A DNA stretch of 64,000 bases, taken from contig CM059431.1 of NCBI GenBank assembly GCA_030390025.1, forward strand, positions 95,854,001 to 95,918,000, read 5' to 3'. The notes below the pieces were generated by a model. That model was not told where the DNA came from and made no database searches. It saw only the letters and a program-made list of their open reading frames with translations. Shown piece by piece: positions 22,196 through 35,904 of this stretch. The stretch's first letter is position 1. Each line of letters starts with the position of its first letter. Position numbers and translations under genes: made by a program. Source of the DNA: Squalus acanthias (lineage: Eukaryota).

Positions 22196-25100
22196 ATTCT
22201 CTTTGCCAGAAAAGTAATGAGGTACAGCAACTAAAGTAGCAACAAAGTTAGGATGAATAGGCAAAACTACCTCACAAAGCGTTGAGTCAATGTAGAAGTC
22301 TCTCTATCTCTCTCTCCGAATCTCTCTCTCTCTCTCAGAACGAGTGGTGCATAAATGTCGACCACAGAAAAAGACAGGAAGAGGCCCCCTTTAAATAGCG
22401 CCCCCCCCCCAGCCCCACACCGATTGATAACGTTCCAGTCTTCCGGTCGTTGGAAGCGCCAGGCGGTAAGTCAGGGGGCGCCACTCAATATCCGCTCCGG
22501 GGCGCCCCAAGGGCGTTGCACCATGGAATGACGTCACAATCTGCGCGCGCAGGTGGTCGCAGCGGTAAGTTTTAGCGCCGCCGCACAATCTCAAGTTAAG
22601 TTCACGAGCGGCGCAAACATCGCTGCGCCCGGGCGTTAGCGGCTTAACGCCCCATTAGCGCCCTCTTAAGGCGCTAACGGGAGGCGCAACCAAGTGAATT
22701 TTTACCCCGAGGAGCGCAACATAAAACAGCGGGGGAAACAGCACCGACCTGATTGGAGACACTGGGTGCGCAACAGAAAACAGCGGGGAAACAGCACCGA
22801 CCTGATTGGAGACACTAGGAGCGGAACATAAAACAGCGGGGGAAACAGCACCGACCTGATTGGAGACACTAGGAGCGCAACATAAAACAGCGGGGAAACA
22901 GCACCGACCTGATTGGAGACACTAGGAGCGGAACATGAAACAGCGGGGAAAACAGCACCGACCTGATTGGAGACGCCAGTGACGGAACATAAAACAGCGG
23001 GGAAACAGCACCGAACTGATTAGAGACACCAGGAGCGGAACATAAAACAGCGGGGGAAACAGCTCCGACCTGATTGGAGACACCAGGAGCGGAACATAAA
23101 ACAGCCGGGGAAACAGCGCCGACCTGATTGGAGACACCAGTGACGGAACATAAAACAGCGGGGGAAACAGCGCCGACCTGATTGGAGACACCAGTGACGG
23201 AACATAAAACAGCGGGGGAAACAGCACCGAACTGATTAGAGACACCAGGAGCGGAACATAAAACAGCCGGGGAAACAGCACCGACCTTCTTAGAGACACC
23301 AGGAGCGGAACATAAAACAGCGGGGGAAACAGCTCCGACCTGATTGGAGACACCAGGAGCGGAACATAAAACAGCCGGGGAAACAGCACCGACCTTCTTA
23401 GAGACACCAGGAGCGGAACATAAAACAGCCGGGGAAACAGCACTGACCTGATTGGAGACACCAGGAGCGGAACATAAAACAGCGGGGAAACAGCACAGAC
23501 CTGATTGGAGACACTAACAGCGGAACATAAAACAACAGGGGAAACAGCACCGACCTGATTGGAGACACTAACAGCGGAACATAAAACAGCGGGGAAACAG
23601 CACCGACCTGATTGGAGACACTAGGAGCGCAACAGAAAACAGCGGGGAAACAGCACCGACCTGATTGGAGACACCAGTGACGGAACATAAAACAGCGGGG
23701 GAAACAGCAGCGACCTGATTGGAGACACCAGTGACGGAACATAAAACAGCGGGGGAAACAGCATCGACCTGATTGGAGACACCAGTGACGGAACATAAAA
23801 CAGCCGGGGAAACAGCACCGACCTGATTGGAGACACCAGGAGCGGAACATAAAACAGCGGGGGAAACAGCACCGACCTGATTGGAGACACCAGTGACGTG
23901 ACATAAAACAGCGGGGGAAACAGCACCGACCTGATTGGAGACACCAGTGACGGAACATAAAACAGCGGGGAAACTGCACCGACCTGATTGGGAACACCAG
24001 TGACGGAACATAAAACAGCGGGGGAAACAGCACCGACCTGATTGGAGACACCAGTGACGGAACATAAAACAGCCGGGGAAACAGCACCGACCTGATTGGA
24101 GACACCAGTGACGGAACATAAAACAGCGGGGGAAACAGCACCGACCTGATTGGAGACACCAGTGACGGAACATAAAACAGCGGGGGAAACAGCGCCGACC
24201 TGATTGGAGACACCAGGAGCGGAACATAAAATAGCCGGGGAAACAGCACCGACCTTCTTAGAGACACCAGGAGCGGAACATAAAACAGCGGGGGAAACAG
24301 CACCGACCTGATTGGAGACACCAGCAGCTGAACATAAAACAACAGGGGAAACAGCACCGACCTGATTGGAGACACTCGGAGCGGAACATAAAACAGCGGG
24401 GGAAACAGCACCGACCTGACTGGAGACACCAGGAGCGGAACATTAAACAGCGGGGGAAACAGCACCGACCTGATTGGAGACACCAGTGGCGACCGAACAT
24501 AAAACAGCGGGGGAAACAGCGCCGACCTGACTGGAGACACCAGGAGCGGAACATTAAACAGCGGGGGAAACAGCACTGACCTGACTGGAGACACCAGGAG
24601 CGGAACATAAAACAGCGGGGGAAACAGCACCGACCTGATTGGAGACACTAACAGCGGAACATAAAACAACAGGGGAAACAGCACCGAACTGATTGGAGAC
24701 ACTGGGAGCGCAACAGAAAACAGCGGGGAAACAGCACCGACCTGATTGGAGACACTAGGAGGGCAACAGAAAACAGCGGGGAAACAGCACCGACCTGATT
24801 GGAGACACCAGTGACGGAACATAAAACAGCGGGGGAAACAGCAGCGACCTGATTGGAGACACCAGTGACGGAACATAAAACAGCGGGGAAACAGCAGCGA
24901 CCTGATTGGAGACACCAGTGACGTGACATAAAACAGCGGGGGAAACAGCACCGACCTGATTGGAGACACCAGGAGCGGAACATAAAACAGCGGGAAACAG
25001 CGCCGACCTGATTGGAGACACCAGTGACGGAACATAAAACAGCGGGGAAACAGCGCAGACCTGATTGGAGACACCAGTGGTGGCCGAACATAAAACTGCG

Positions 25101-27613
25101 GGGTAACAGCGCCGACCTGATTGGAGACACTAGGAGCGGAACATTAAACAGCGGGGAAACAGCGCCGACCTGACTGGAGACACCAGGAGCGGAACATTAA
25201 ACAGCGGGGGAAACAGCACTGACCTGATTGGGAACAGCAGGAGCGGAACATAAAACAGCAGGGGAAACAACGACGACCTGATTGGAGATACCAGTGACGG
25301 AACATAAAACAGCCGAGGAAACAGCGCCGACCTGATTGCGAACACCAGGAGCGGAACATAAAACAGCGGGGAAACAGCGCCGACCTGACTGGAGACACCA
25401 GGAGCGGAACATTAAACAGCGGGGGAAACAGCACTGACCTGACTGGAGACACCAGGAGCGGAACATTAAACAGCGGGGAAAACAGCACCGACCTGATTGG
25501 AGACACTAACAGCGGAACATAAAACAGCGGGGGAAACAGCACCGACCTGATTGGAGACACCAGTGGCGGCCGAACATAAAACAGCCGAGGAAACAGCGCC
25601 GACCTGATTGGGAACAGCAGGAGCGGAACATAAAACAGCGGGGGAAACAGCACCGACCTGATTGGGAACAGCAGGAGCGGAACATAAAACAGCGGGGAAA
25701 CAGCACCGACCTGATTGGGAAGAGCAGGAGCGGAACATAAAACAGTGGGGGAAACAGCACCGACCTGATTGGGAACAGCAGGAGCGGAACATAAAACAGC
25801 GGGGAAACAGCACCGACCTGATTGGGAAGAGCAGGAGCGGAACATAAAACAGCGGGGAAACAGTACCGACCTGATTGGGAAGAGCAGGAGCCGCACATGA
25901 AACAGCGGGGGAAACAGCACCGACCTGATTGGAGACACTAGGAGCGGAACATAAAACAGCGGGGGAAACAGCACCGACCTGATTGGAGACACTAGGAGCG
26001 GAACATAAAACAGCGGGGGAAACAGCACCGACCTTCTTAGAGACACCAGGAGCGGAACATAAAACAGCGGGGGAAACAGCACCGACCTGATTGGAGACAC
26101 CAGCAGCGGAACATAAAACAGCGGGGGAAACAGCACCGACCTGATTGAAGACACCAGGAGCGGAGCATAAAACAGCGGGGGAAACAGCACCGACCTGACT
26201 GGAGACACCAGGAGCGGAACATAAAACAGCGGGGAAAACAGCACCGACCTGATTGGAGACACCAGGAGCGGAACATAAAACAGCGGGGGAAACAGCAACG
26301 ACCTGATTGGAGACACCAGGGGCGGAACATTAAACAGCGGGGGAAACAGCACCGACCTGATTGGGAACACCAGGAGCGGAACATAAAACAGCGGGGGAAA
26401 CTGCGCCGACCTGATTGGAGACACCAGTGACGGAAAATAAAACAGCGGGGGAAACAGCACCGACCTGATTGGAGACACTAGGAGCGGAACATAAAACCGC
26501 GGGGGAAACAGCGCCGACCTGATTGGGAACACCAGGATCGGAACATAAAACAGCGGGGAAACTGCGGCGACCTGATTGGAGACACCAGCAGCGGAACATA
26601 AAACAGCGGGGGAAACAGCGCAGACATGATTGGAGACACCAGTGACGGAACATAAAACAGCGGGGAAACAGCACCGACCTGATTGGAGACACCAGGAGCG
26701 GAGCACAAAACAGCGGGGGAAACAGCACCGACCTGATTGGGAACACCAGGAGCGGAACCTAAAACAGCGGGGGAAACAGTACCGACCTGACTGGAGACAC
26801 CAGGAGCGGAACATTAAACAGCGGGGGAAACAGCACCGACCTGATTGGGAACACCAGGAGCGGAACATACAACAGCGGGGGGAAACAGCACCGACCTGAC
26901 TGGAGAGACCAGGAGCGGAACATAAAACAGCCGGGGAAACAGCACCGACCTGATTAGAGACACCAGCGGCGGAACTTAAAACAGCGGTGGAAACAGCGCC
27001 GACCTGATTAGAGACACCAGTGGCGGAACATAAAACAGCGGGGGAAACAGCGCCGACCTGAGTGGAGATACCAGTGACGGAAAATAAAACAGCCGAGGAA
27101 ACAGCGCCGACCTAATTGCGAACACCAGGAGCGGAACATAAAACAGCCGGGGAAACAGCGCCGACCTGATTGGAGATACCAGGAGCGGAACATAAAACAG
27201 CGGGGAAACAGCGCCGACCTGATTGCGAACACCAGGAGCGGAACATAAAACAGCGGGGGAAACTGCGCCGACCTGATTGCGAACACCAGGAGCGGAACAT
27301 AAGACAGCGGGGGAAACTGCGCCGACCTGATTGGAGACACCAGGAGCGGAACATAAAACAGCGGGGGAAACAGCGCCGACCTGATTGGAGACACTAGGAG
27401 CGGAACATAAGACAGCGGGGGAAACAGCGCCGACCTAAATGGGAACACCAGGAGCGGAACTTAAAACAGCGAGGGAAACATCACCGACCTGATTGGAGAC
27501 ACCAGGAGCGGATCATAAAACAGCGGGGGAAACAGCGCCGACCTGATTGGAGACACCAGGAGCATATGATAAAACAGCCGGGGAAACAGCACCGACCTGA
27601 TTGGGAACACCAG

Positions 27614-28506
27614 GGGGGAAAAATTCAGTCGCGCCCCATTTGGGGCGCAAATATCGGCCGGGCGCAAAGATTAACGCCTGGCGCTAATTATCGCCACCGA
27701 CTGCAAACTTCACTTTTATCGCCCCTGGAGGTGATTGCAGCGCTAAATTAGGCGCTTCACACCTGTCTTAAGGCGCAAAGGCCGAGGAGCGAGGCGCTAT
27801 CTCAGAGCGCTGGCGAAGCTCATGTGATGTCAGTCAGCAATGGAACACACACACAATGGCACGGGCCAGTTCTTAAAGGGGATGGTTAATCTTGCTTTCC
27901 ATCCACATCCTGCTCATTGCAGCCTTGAATCTCGGCCTGGAGAGACCTGCACATCAAATCTGCTGGAAAGAACAATGGAGAGTACCAGGCCAAGAGCTCA
28001 GAGTGCAGCCCCCACAGTCTCTGCTAAATCGATACAAGGAATAGCAAATCAAAATGGACCTGCAAAGTGCTGCTCAGTACCCAAAACTCCTTCACATAAC
28101 GTTGAATCTCTCCAGAAGTCTCTACCTCTCTCTCTCAGAATGCGTAGTTCAAAAATGGCACCAACAATAAAAGGCAGGAAGCGGTCACCTTTAAATAGCG
28201 CTCCCACTTTCCCTTCATGACTGCAGAACGCTCCCATCAACCTGTCGTTGCTAGCGTCAGGCGGTAAGGCAGGGGGCGCCACTCAATAACCGCTCCGGGG
28301 CGATACCGGGGCGTTGCGCACTCGAGTGACGTCATGATCTGCCGGCGCAGGAGATCGTGGCGGTAGTGTTCAGCGCCGCCGCAAAATGTCTAGTTAATTT
28401 CGCGAGCGGCGCAAACTTCGCCGCGCCCGGGCGCTAGCTCCTTTGCGCCCCATTAGCGCCCTCTTCAGGCGCTAACGGGAGGCGCAACCAACTGAATTTT
28501 TCCCCC
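27614..28506 (+). mobile_element. Harbinger MITE family A, array copy 1 (893 bp)
   Basis: Perfect 16-bp TIR GGGGGAAAAATTCAGT, TSD CAG, ends homologous to 18477-22708. Confidence 0.95.
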
Positions 28507-29805
28507 CAGGAGCGGAACATAAAACAGCGGGGAAACAGCGCCGACCTGATTGGAGACACCAGGAGCGTATGATAAAAAAGCCGGGGAAACAGCACCGACT
28601 GATTGGAGACACCAGTGGCCGAACATAAAACAGCCGGGGAAACAGCGCCGACCTGATTGGAGACACCAGGAGCGGAACATAAAACAGCGGGGAAACTGCG
28701 CCGACCTAATTGGAGACACCAGCAGCGGAACATAAAACAGCGGGGGAAACAGCACCGACCTGATTGGAGACACCAGGAGCGGAACATACAACAGCGAGGG
28801 AAACAGCACCGACCTGATTGGAGACACCAGGAGCGGAACATTAAACAGCGGGGGAAACAGCACCGACCTGATTGGGAACACCAGTGACGGAACATAAAAC
28901 AGCGGGGGAAACAGCGCCGACCTGATTGGGAACACCAGGAGCGGAACATACAACAGCGGGAGAAACAGCACCGACCTGATTGGAGACACCAGTGGCGGCC
29001 GAACATAAAACAGCGGGGGAAACAGCACCGACCTGATTGGAGACACCAGTGGCGACCGAACATAAAACAGCGGGGAAACAGCACCGACCTGATTGGAGAC
29101 ACCAGTGACGGAACATAAAACAGCCGAGGAAACAGCGCCGACCTGATTGCGAACACCAGGAGCGGAACATAAAACAGCGGGGGAAACTGCGCCGACCTGA
29201 TTGGAGACACCAGTGACGGAAAATAAAACAGCAGGGGAAACAGCACCGAACTGATTGGAGACGCTAGGAGCGGAACATAAAACCGCGGGGGAAACAGCGC
29301 CGACCTGATTGGGAACACCAGGAGCGGAACATAAAACAGCGGGGAAACTGCGCCGACCTGATTGCGAACACCAGGAGCGGAACATAAGACAGCGGGGGAA
29401 ACTGCGCCGACCTGATTGGAGACACCAGGAGCGGAACATAAAACAGCGGGGAAACAGCGCTGACCTGATTGGGAACACCAGGAGCGGAACATAAAACAGC
29501 GGGGGAAACAGCGCCGACCTGATTGGAGACACTAGGAGCGGAACATAAGACAGCGGGGGAAACAGCGCCGACCTAAATGGGAACACCAGGAGCGGAACAT
29601 AAAACAGCGAGGGAAACATCACCGACCTGATTGGAGACACCAGGAGCGGATCATAAAACAGCGGGGGAAACAGCGCCGACCTGAATGGGAACACCAGGAG
29701 CGGAACATAAAACAGCGGGGGAAACAGCACCGACCTGATTGGAGACACCAGGAGCATATGATAAAACAGCCGGGGAAACAGCACCGACCTGATTGGGAAC
29801 ACCAG

Positions 29806-30698
29806 GGGGGAAAAATTCAGTCGCGCCCCATTTGGGGCGCAAATATCGGCCGGGCGCAAAGATTAGCGCCTGGCGCTAATTATCGCCACCGACTGCAAAC
29901 TTCACTTTTATCGCCCCTGGAGGTGATTGCAGCGCTAAATTAGGCGCTTCACACCTGTCTTAAGGCGCAAAGGCCGAGGAGCGAGGCGCTATCTCAGAGC
30001 GCTGGCGAAGCTCATGTGATGTCAGTCAGCAATGGAACACACACACAATGGCACGGGCCAGTTCTTAAAGGGGATGGTTAATCTTGCTTTCCATCCACAT
30101 CCTGCTCATTGCAGCCTTGAATCTCGGCCTGGAGAGACCTGCACATCAAATCTGCTGGAAAGAACAATGGAGAGTACCAGGCCAAGAGCTCAGAGTGCAG
30201 CCCCCACAGTCTCTGCTAAATCGATACAAGGAATGGCAAATCAAAATGGACCTGCAAAGTGCTGCTCAGTACCCAAAACTCCTTCACATAACGTTGAATC
30301 TCTCCAGAAGTCTCTACCTCTCTCTCTCAGAATGCGTAGTTCAAAAATGGCACCAACAATAAAAGGCAGGAAGCGGTCACCTTTAAATAGCGCTCCCACT
30401 TTCCCTTCATGACTGCAGAACGCTCCCATCAACCTGTCGTTGCTAGCGTCAGGCGGTAAGGCAGGGGGCGCCACTCAATAACCGCTCCGGGGCGATACCG
30501 GGGCGTTGCGCACTCGAGTGACGTCATGATCTGCCGGCGCAGGAGATCGTGGCGGTAGTGTTCAGCGCCGCCGCAAAATGTCTAGTTAATTTCGCGAGCG
30601 GCGCAAACTTCGCCGCGCCCGGGCGCTAGCTGCTTTGCGCCCCATTAGCGCCCTCTTCAGGCGCTAACGGGAGGCGCAACCAACTGAATTTTTCCCCC
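29806..30698 (+). mobile_element. Harbinger MITE family A, array copy 2 (893 bp)
   Basis: Near-identical to 27614-28506, same TIR, same TSD CAG, same flanking monomer variants. Confidence 0.95.
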
Positions 30699-32900
30699 CA
30701 GGAGCGGAACATAAAACAGCGGGGGAAACAGCGCCGACCTGATTGGAGACACCAGGAGCGTATGATAAAAAAGCCGGGGAAACAGCACCGACTGATTGGA
30801 GACACCAGTGGCCGAACATAAAACAGCCGGGGAAACAGCGCCGACCTGATTGGAGACACCAGGAGCGGAACATAAAACAGCGGGGGAAACAGCACCGACC
30901 TGATTGGAGACACCAGGAGCGGAACATACAACAGCGAGGGAAACAGCACCGACCTGATTGGGAACACCAGGAGCGGAACATACAACAGCGGGAGAAACAG
31001 CACCGACCTGATTGGAGACACCAGTGGCGGCCGAACATAAAACAGCGGGGGAAACAGCACCGACCTGATTGGAGACACCAGTGGCGACCGAACATAAAAC
31101 AGTGGGGAAACAGCACCGACCTGATTGGAGACACCAGTGACGGAACATAAAACAGCCGAGGAAACAGCGCCGACCTGATTGCGAACACCAGGAGCGGAAC
31201 ATAAAACAGCGGGGGAAACTGCGCCGACCTGATTGGAGACACCAGTGACGGAAAATAAAACAGCAGGGGAAACAGCACCGAACTGATTGGAGACACTAGG
31301 AGCGGAACATAAAACCGCGGGGGAAACAGCGCCGACCTGATTGGGAACACCAGGATCGGAACATAAAACAGCGGGGAAACTGCGGCGACCTGATTGGAGA
31401 CACCAGCAGCGGAACATAAAACAGCGGGGGAAACAGCGCCGACCTGATTGGAGACACCAGGAGCGGAGCACAAAACAGCGGGGGAAACAGCACCGACCTG
31501 ATTGGGAACACCAGGAGCGGAACCTAAAACAGCGGGGGAAACAGTACCGACCTGACTGGAGACACCAGGAGCGGAACATTAAACAGCGGGGGAAACAGTA
31601 CCGACCTGATTGGGAACACCAGGAGCGGAACATACAACAGCGGGGGGAAACAGCACCGACCTGACTGGAGACACCAGGAGCGGAACATTAAACAGCGGGG
31701 GAAACAGCACCGACCTGATTGGGAACACCAGTGACGTAACATAAAACAGCCGGGGAAGCAGCGCCGACCTGATTGGGAACACCAGGAGTGGAACATAAAA
31801 CAGCGGGGGAAACAGCATTGACCTGATTGGGAACACCAGGAAAGGAACATAAAACAGCGGGGAAACAGCGCCGACCTGATTGGAGACACCAGCGGCGGAA
31901 CATAAAACAGCCGGGGAAACAGCACCGACCTGATTAGAGACACCAGCGGCGGAACATAAAACAGCGGTGGAAACAGCGCCGACCTGATTAGAGACACCAG
32001 TGGCGGAACATAAAACAGCGGGGAAACAGCACCGATCTGATTGGAGATACCAGTGACGGAAAATAAAACAGCCGAGGAAACAGCGCCGACCTAATTGCGA
32101 ACACCAGGAGCGGAACATAAAACAGCCGGGGAAACAGCGCCGACCTGATTGGAGATACCAGGAGCGGAACATAAAACAGCGGGGAAACAGCGCCGACCTG
32201 ATTGGAGACACCAGCAGCGGAACATAAAACAGCGGGGGAAACAGCACCGACCTGATTGGAGACACCAGGAGCGGAACATTAAACAGCCGGGGAAACAGCG
32301 CCGACCTGATTGGAGACACCAGGAGCGGAACATAAAACAGCGGGGAAACTGCGCCGACCTGATTGGAGACACCAGCAGCGGAACATAAAACAGCGGGGGA
32401 AACAGCACCGACCTGATTGGAGACACCAGGAGCGGAACATTAAACAGCGGGGGAAACAGCACCGACCTGATTGGAGACACCAGGAGCGGAACATTAAACA
32501 GCGGGGGAAACAGCACCGACCTGATTGGAGACACCAGGAGCGGAACATTAAACAGCGGGGGAAACAGCGCCGACCTGATTGGGAACACCAGTGACGGAAC
32601 ATAAAACAGCGGGGGAAACAGCGCCGACCTGATTGGGAACACCAGGAGCGGAACATACAACAGCGGGAGAAACAGCACCGACCTGATTGGAGACACCAGT
32701 GGCGGCCGAACATAAAACAGCGGGGGAAACAGCACCGACCTGATTGGAGACACCAGTGGCGACCTGAAGATAAAACAGCGGGGAAACAGCACCGACCTGA
32801 TTGGAGACACCAGTGACGGAACATAAAACAGCCGAGGAAACAGCGCCGACCTGATTGCGAACACCAGGAGCGGAACATAAAACAGCGGGGGAGACACTAG

Positions 32901-33661
32901 GGGGTAAAAATTGAGTCGCGCCCCATTTGGGGTGCTAACCTCGCCGGGGCGCGACTTTTAGCGCCCCGAAAAAATTAGCGGCCCCGCGCCGGAACTTCAG
33001 TGGTTGCGCCCCAAGAGGGAAGCGGGGCGCAACTGGAAGCAGCCCGCATCCCTCTTGGGGCGCTGCGAGTGAATATCCTGGCGCTACGTGCCGCAGCGCC
33101 ACGCGCTGCGGCACGTCGCGCCGCGGTATTGCAGGCCTTCCTCCCCTTCTTAAAGGGGAGGGACCCTGCGCAGCGCGAACCGGGGCCCAGCTGGGCCCCC
33201 AGGGATCGGGAGTGCCGGCAAAAGAGCCCGGCACTCAAGAGAAGTGCCGGGCTCTTGGAGCGCAGCCGGCACTTCACGGTGGGGGGGCTTCACGGGGGCC
33301 GGGGGCAGGTGCTGGCAGGCGGCCAGCAACAAAAATGGCCGCCTGCCACCTCCGCTTTAAATATCGCCGCCCCGGCCGCACGTACGCCTCACTGAACCCG
33401 TCGGACATAGCGTCTGGCGGTAAATCAGGGGGCGCGACTGAAGATCACGGCCGGGGCGCGAGCGGGGTGCTGCGCACGGCGATGACGTCATCGCCGGCGG
33501 CGCAGCGCCACAGGCCGCTACCGGCTGCCGCCGCCGCTAACCTCCCACTAAATTTTTCGGGAGGCGTGGGCGGCGCTGCGCCCGGGCGTTAGCTGCTTTA
33601 CGCCCCATTAGCGCCCTCTTAAGGCGCTAACGGGAGGCGCAAGCAGCTGAATTTTTCCCCC
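32901..33661 (+). mobile_element. Harbinger MITE family B (761 bp, very GC-rich)
   Basis: Ends GGGGTAAAAATTGAG / CTGAATTTTTCCCCC; TSD TAG (32898-32900, 33662-33664); termini shared with family A but different interior. Confidence 0.92.
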
Positions 33662-35065
33662 TAGGAGCGGAACATAAAACCGCGGGGGAAACAGCGCCGA
33701 CCTGATTGGGAACACCAGGATCGGAACATAAAACAGCGGGGAAACGGCGGCGACCTGATTGGAGACACAAGCAGCGGAACATAAAACAGCGGGGGAAACA
33801 GCGCCGACCTGATTGGAGACACCAGTGACGGAACATAAAACAGCGGGGAAACAGCACCGACCTGATTGAGGACACCAGGAGCGGAGCACAAAACAGCGGG
33901 GGAAACAGCACCGACCTGATTGGGAACACCAGGAGCGGAACATAAAACAGCGGGGGAAACAGTACCGACCTGATTGGGAACACCAGGAGCGGAACATACA
34001 ACAGCGGGGGGAAACAGCACCGACCTGACTGGAGACACCAGGAGCAGAACATTAAACAGCGGGGTAAACAGCACCGACCTGATTGGGAACACCAGTGACG
34101 TAACATAAAACAGCCGGGGAAGCAGCGCCGACCTGATTGGGAACACCAGGAGTGGAACATAAAACAGCGGGGGAAACAGCATTGACCTGATTGGGAACAC
34201 CAGGAAAGGAACATAAAACAGCCGGGGAAACAGCGCCGACCTGATTGGGAACACCAGGATCGGAACATAAAACAGCGGGGAAACTGCGGCGACCTGATTG
34301 GAGACACCAGCAGCGGAACATAAAACAGCGGGGGAAACAGCGCCGACCTGATTGGAGACACCAGTGACGGAACATAAAACAGCGGGGAAACAGCACCGAC
34401 CTGATTGGAGACACCAGGAGCGGAGCACAAAACAGCGGGGGAAACAGCACCGACCTGATTGGGAACACCAGGAGCGGAACCTAAAACAGCGGGGGAAACA
34501 GTACCGACCTGACTGGAGACACCAGGAGCGGAACATTAGACAGCGGGGGAAACAGCACCGACCTGATTGGGAACACCAGGAGCGGAACATACAACAGGGG
34601 CGGGAAACAGCACCGACCTGACTTGAGACACCAGGAGCGGAACATTAAAATGCGGGGTAAACAGCACCGACCTGATTGGGAACACCAGTGACGTAACATA
34701 AAACAGCCGGGGAAACAGCGCCGACCTGATTGTGAACACCAGGAGCGGAACGTAAAACAGCGGGGGAAACTGCGCCGACCTGATTGGAGACACCAGGAGC
34801 GGAACATAAAACAGCGGGGGAAACAGCGCCGACCTGATTGGAGACACTAGGAGCGGAACATAAGACAGCGGGGGAAACAGCGCCGACCTAAATGGGAACA
34901 CCAGGAGCGGAACTTAAAACAGCCGGGGAAACAGCGCCGACCTGATTGGAGATACCAGGAGCGGAACATAAAACAGCGGGGAAACAGCACCGACCTGATT
35001 GGAGACACCAGGAGCATATGATAAAACAGCCGGGGAAACAGCACCGACCTGATTGGGAACACCAG

Positions 35066-35904
35066 GGGGGAAAAATTCAGTCGCGCCCCATTTGGGGCGC
35101 AAATATCGGCCGGGCGCAAAGATTAGCGCCTGGCGCTAATTATCGCCACCGACTGCAAACTTCACTTTTATCGCCCCTGGAGGTGATTGCAGCGCTAAAT
35201 CAGGCGCTTCACACCTGTCTTAAGGCGCAAAGGCCGAGGAGCGAGGCGCTACCTCAGAGCGCTGGCGAAGCTCATGTGATGTCAGTCAGCAATGGAACAC
35301 ACACACAATGGCACGGGCCAGTTCTTAAAGGGGATGGTTAATCTCGCTTTCCATCCACATCCTGCTCATTGCAGCCTTGAATCTCGGCCTGGAGAGACCT
35401 GCACATCAAATCTGCTGGAAAGAACAATGGAGAGTACCAGGCCAAGAGCTCAGAGTGCAGCCCCCACAGTCTCTGCTAAATCGATACAAGGAATGGCAAA
35501 TCAAAATGGACCTGCAAAGTGCTGCTCAGTACCCAAAACTCCTTCACATAACGTTGAATCTCTCCAGAAGTCTCTACCTCTCTCTCTCAGAATGCGTAGT
35601 TCAAAAATGGCACCAACAATAAAAGGCAGGAAGCGGTCACCTTTAAATAGCGCTCCCACTTTCCGTTCATGACTGCAGAACGCTCCCATCAACCTGTCGT
35701 TGCTAGCGTCAGGCGGTAAGGCAGGGGGCGCCACTCAATAACCGCTCCGGGGCGATACCGGGGCGTTGCGCACTCGAGTGACGTCATGATCTGCCGGCGC
35801 AGGAGATCGTGGCGGTTGTGTTCAGCGCAGCCGCAAAATCTCTAGTTAATTTCGCGAGCGGCGCAAACTTCGCCGCGCCCGGGCGCTAGCTGCTTTGCGC
35901 CCCA
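35066..35904 (+). mobile_element. Harbinger MITE family A, array copy 3, right TIR deleted
   Basis: Matches copy 1 up to ttgcgcccca, then joins satellite gtgac. Confidence 0.92.

Larger units (their letters stand above)
18477..22708. mobile_element. Near-intact autonomous-type PIF/Harbinger DNA transposon (4232 bp)
   Basis: TIRs GGGGTAGAAATT / AATTTTTACCCC; flanking triplets CAG and GAG; convergent Myb/SANT gene (+) and DDE transposase (-). Confidence 0.95.

Noticed and set aside
22196..22264. 23-aa N-terminal extension of the transposase
   Set aside because: The ORF track uses a non-ATG start; the first ATG is at 22195
27840..28220. Recurrent 126-aa ORF in MITE-A copies
   Set aside because: Recurs only because the copies are near-identical; disrupted in other copies and has no domain
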